A DNA stretch of 64,000 bases from an uncultured Chloroflexia bacterium. Its GTDB lineage: Bacteria; Chloroflexota; Limnocylindria; Limnocylindrales; CSP1-4. The stretch spans positions 1-64,000 of the forward strand of contig CAVQJC010000017.1 in NCBI GenBank assembly GCA_963712745.1, written 5' to 3'. Under the pieces are notes generated by a model. That model saw nothing but the letters and a program-made list of their open reading frames with translations, was not told the DNA's origin and ran no database searches. Both the position numbers and the translations under genes were made by a program. Each line of letters begins with the position of its first letter. Position 1 is the first letter of the stretch. Below are positions 61,595 to 64,000 of this stretch, piece after piece.

Positions 61595-62878
61595 TCAGCT
61601 ACGAGGTCGCCTCCTCGGTGCCGGGGCTGGGCACGAGACCTCGTCCTCTGCGTCGGCACTCACCTTTGGCTCGGGCTCGTTGTCGGCGTTGGCGAGCGGG
61701 GCTTCAGAGCCTAGGAGACCGGGTGCGGCCAAGACCATGTTCACGAACTCGATGGCACCTGGGACGCGGCCATCCTCACTGGTGAGGCTGACATCGCCGT
61801 TGTAGCTCTGACCGATAGGTGTCGTGAAGAACGGACCGGTGTATGTGATCCCGTCAGCGTCTGCGGCGGGAAAGCCGTCCCTCGTGCGCAGTTCCGACAC
61901 CCACCAGTCGGTCTCGTCAGCGGCGAGGTAGAGGTTCAGACGCTGCTCGACACCCTGCTCTTCCCAGACGATCTCAAGCGTTCGGTAGGCGGCGTTGCCC
62001 GGATCGGAGTGGATGTCCCACGTGAAGACACCCTCACCGGTAACGGTCGTGTCACCCTGGTGGATGCGCATCGCGTCTGCTGTGAGGGAGACCAGCCCGC
62101 TGTCCCAGCCGATAGCGGCTGACGACACGTCTGAGGTTGCGACAGCCTCCGTCTTTGCCTCTCGCCCGTCAGTGACGCTGACTGCCACAGCCTCGGGGCC
62201 GCCGATGCCCGGCACGGTCAAGGTGACATCCTGGAGCTCGAGCGTGCCGGGGACACGGCCATCCTCGCTCGCGAGGCTGATGTCGCCCCTGTAGCTCTCA
62301 CCGATGGGTGTCGTGAAGAACGGACCGGTGTAGGTGATCCAGTCGGCATCGGGAAAGCCGTCCCTCGTGCGCAGCTCGCTGACCCACCAGTCGGTGTCGT
62401 CGGCGGCGAAGTAGAGGAAGAGCCGCTGCTCGACATCCTGCTCCTGCCACTCGACCTGGAGCGTTCGGTAGGCGGCATCGCCCGGGTCGGAGTGAACACC
62501 CCAGGCGAGGACATTCTCGCCGGTGAAGACCTCGTCACCCTCCGTGATGCGCATCGCGGAGGCGGTCAGCTGGACCAGTCCGCTGTCCCAGCCGATGGCC
62601 GCCATCGGCTCCTCCGAAGCCGGAGCGCCGGCCGGTCCGGGCGTGGTTGGTGACAGGGCATTCAGGAGCAACGCGCCGGCGACGACGGAGCCGATGGCGG
62701 CGGTGACGATGAACATGGCGTGGGATCTCCTTGCTGGCTGCTCGGGTCCTTGGCGCAGGCCGATACGAGCGGACACCGGCTGCGGCGCGTCCGCTGCAGC
62801 GCGTCGCTCGATCTCTGGCCAGAGGTCGGGGGCTTCGATATCGTCGAGAGCCGTGAGCCGGGAACGAAGGTCATCCAT
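61595..62878 (-). CDS. Anti-sigma-like membrane protein with tandem-duplicated ~120-aa domain
   Basis: APDLWPEI N-terminus, TM, two copies of AAIGWDSGLV...SEDGRVPG. Confidence 0.75.
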   Translation of the reverse strand: MDDLRSRLTALDDIEAPDLWPEIERRAAADAPQPVSARIGLRQGPEQPARRSHAMFIVTAAIGSVVAGALLLNALSPTTPGPAGAPASEEPMAAIGWDSGLVQLTASAMRITEGDEVFTGENVLAWGVHSDPGDAAYRTLQVEWQEQDVEQRLFLYFAADDTDWWVSELRTRDGFPDADWITYTGPFFTTPIGESYRGDISLASEDGRVPGTLELQDVTLTVPGIGGPEAVAVSVTDGREAKTEAVATSDVSSAAIGWDSGLVSLTADAMRIHQGDTTVTGEGVFTWDIHSDPGNAAYRTLEIVWEEQGVEQRLNLYLAADETDWWVSELRTRDGFPAADADGITYTGPFFTTPIGQSYNGDVSLTSEDGRVPGAIEFVNMVLAAPGLLGSEAPLANADNEPEPKVSADAEDEVSCPAPAPRRRPRS

Positions 62879-63350
62879 CGTCGGTCTCCAGGAGCGTGCG
62901 CAACCGCCTGCGTGCCCGCATCAGCGACACCTTCACGGCGGCGCTGGTGCTGCCCATCACGCGTGCGACATCTCGGATGGGCAGGTCGGCGTAGTAGTGA
63001 AGGACGACAGCGGCGCGCTGTCCGTCCGAGAGCCTCGAGAGCGCCTGGCTCAACTCGCTCGGCACATCGGGCAGCCCATACGACTGCTCCGGGTAGATGC
63101 TGCTGACACGGCTCCGTTCCTTGAGGCTGCCGGCCGCGATGCGGTAGGCGGTGTGCCAGATCCATCGCTCGGGGTCACGCAGAGCCGACCCGCGCCGCAA
63201 TGCCTGGGCGAAGGCCTCGGCGATGGCGTCCTCGGTGATGTCGGCGTCGCCGGTGTAGGCCAGCAGGCTCCGCCACAGGCGTTGCCGGTGCGCGCGATAC
63301 ACAGCCTCGATGGCGGTGCTCTCTCTCGGTATCTCGAGTGTCACTTGCAT
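62871..63350 (-). CDS. ECF RNA polymerase sigma factor
   Basis: EDAIAEAF, LSDGQRAAVVLHYYADL, VKVSLMRARRRL. Confidence 0.9.
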   Translation of the reverse strand: MQVTLEIPRESTAIEAVYRAHRQRLWRSLLAYTGDADITEDAIAEAFAQALRRGSALRDPERWIWHTAYRIAAGSLKERSRVSSIYPEQSYGLPDVPSELSQALSRLSDGQRAAVVLHYYADLPIRDVARVMGSTSAAVKVSLMRARRRLRTLLETDDG

Positions 63351-64000
63351 CTCACCCTGTAGGGGCGTGCTTGGGCCCGAAAGGTAACAACGGATGTGAT
63401 CGGTCTGTCTGTGATCGACTCGGACCATGGCGGCCGCGGAGCGATCGAGTCCGGGCTCGCGTCGATCGCCGGCTTCCTTGGCTCCCTTGGCCTACGCAGG
63501 CGGCGGTTGCCGATCGTTGTTCGTTTCCGTCACCGTCGTGCCGCAGCGGGATCGACGGAGTCGCTGCCTGTCGCTGCCGCTGCGTTGGCGGACGTCGCGG
63601 CGTCGGGGGAGGGACCGAGCTCCTCGCCCTCGAAACCGCCCCGATCCGTTCCGCAGGCACTTGGGAGCTCCGCAGGGACAGGGACCGCAAGGGCGCGGAG
63701 CTGGTCTTGAGGCTCACCATGTCACTAGCCGTCTGAGTCGGCCTGCGCGAAGCCTGGCCACCACTCGGGTACTGGGGCCACGCTGCCCCGGACCGCTCGA
63801 GCTATCGGCGCGTCCACCCAGCATCGCAAGGCGTGCACCGTGCTTCGCCATGGCCATCAACGGCGCTGCCCTCTGGCTTCGACATGAAGCCGTGACCGCC
63901 AGGGCCCGCCCCGTGCTCGGTGTCATCACGACATCTCGACTGCCACGTGGAACAATGGTCCATCATGGGCGGGTGAGGGGGCCTGGCACCGCGCCACATT

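Noticed and set aside
1-64000. Intact prophage or insertion sequence
   Set aside because: No recognisable integrase, terminase, portal, capsid, replication or transposase gene
63400-64000. ORFs at the right end
   Set aside because: No motif, RBS or codon pattern that I could support

Overview
This is a high-GC bacterial accessory region; the gene style suggests Chloroflexota or another Terrabacteria lineage (inference only). I saw no rRNA, tRNA, CRISPR array, integrase or transposase. The main structure is a head-to-tail series of about 5 eroded copies of one phage-derived scaffold, all in the same orientation and the same module order. The modules are: promoter motif G, a Zn-ribbon gene F, 31-bp motif A, a ~85-bp cos-like site B (1.7, 17.8, 24.7, 41.4, 61.4 kb), a gp74-like HNH gene C, lysis/tail remnants, promoter motif D and a LuxR-HTH gene E. 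Unrelated cargo genes sit between these modules, several of them bracketed by duplicated scaffold anchors such as a perfect 16-bp repeat of the HNH 3' end. Cargo includes five ECF sigma/membrane-partner pairs with shuffled extracytoplasmic domains, a DszB-like/rhodanese/sulfatase sulfur cluster, and a YefM-YoeB toxin-antitoxin pair. It also includes a 14-kb sugar-catabolic cluster built around a divergent GcvPA/GcvPB pair that lacks GcvT/H/L in the window. Many genes carry single frameshifts, which may be sequencing indels or real decay. All product calls come from motif recognition by eye, not database searches.
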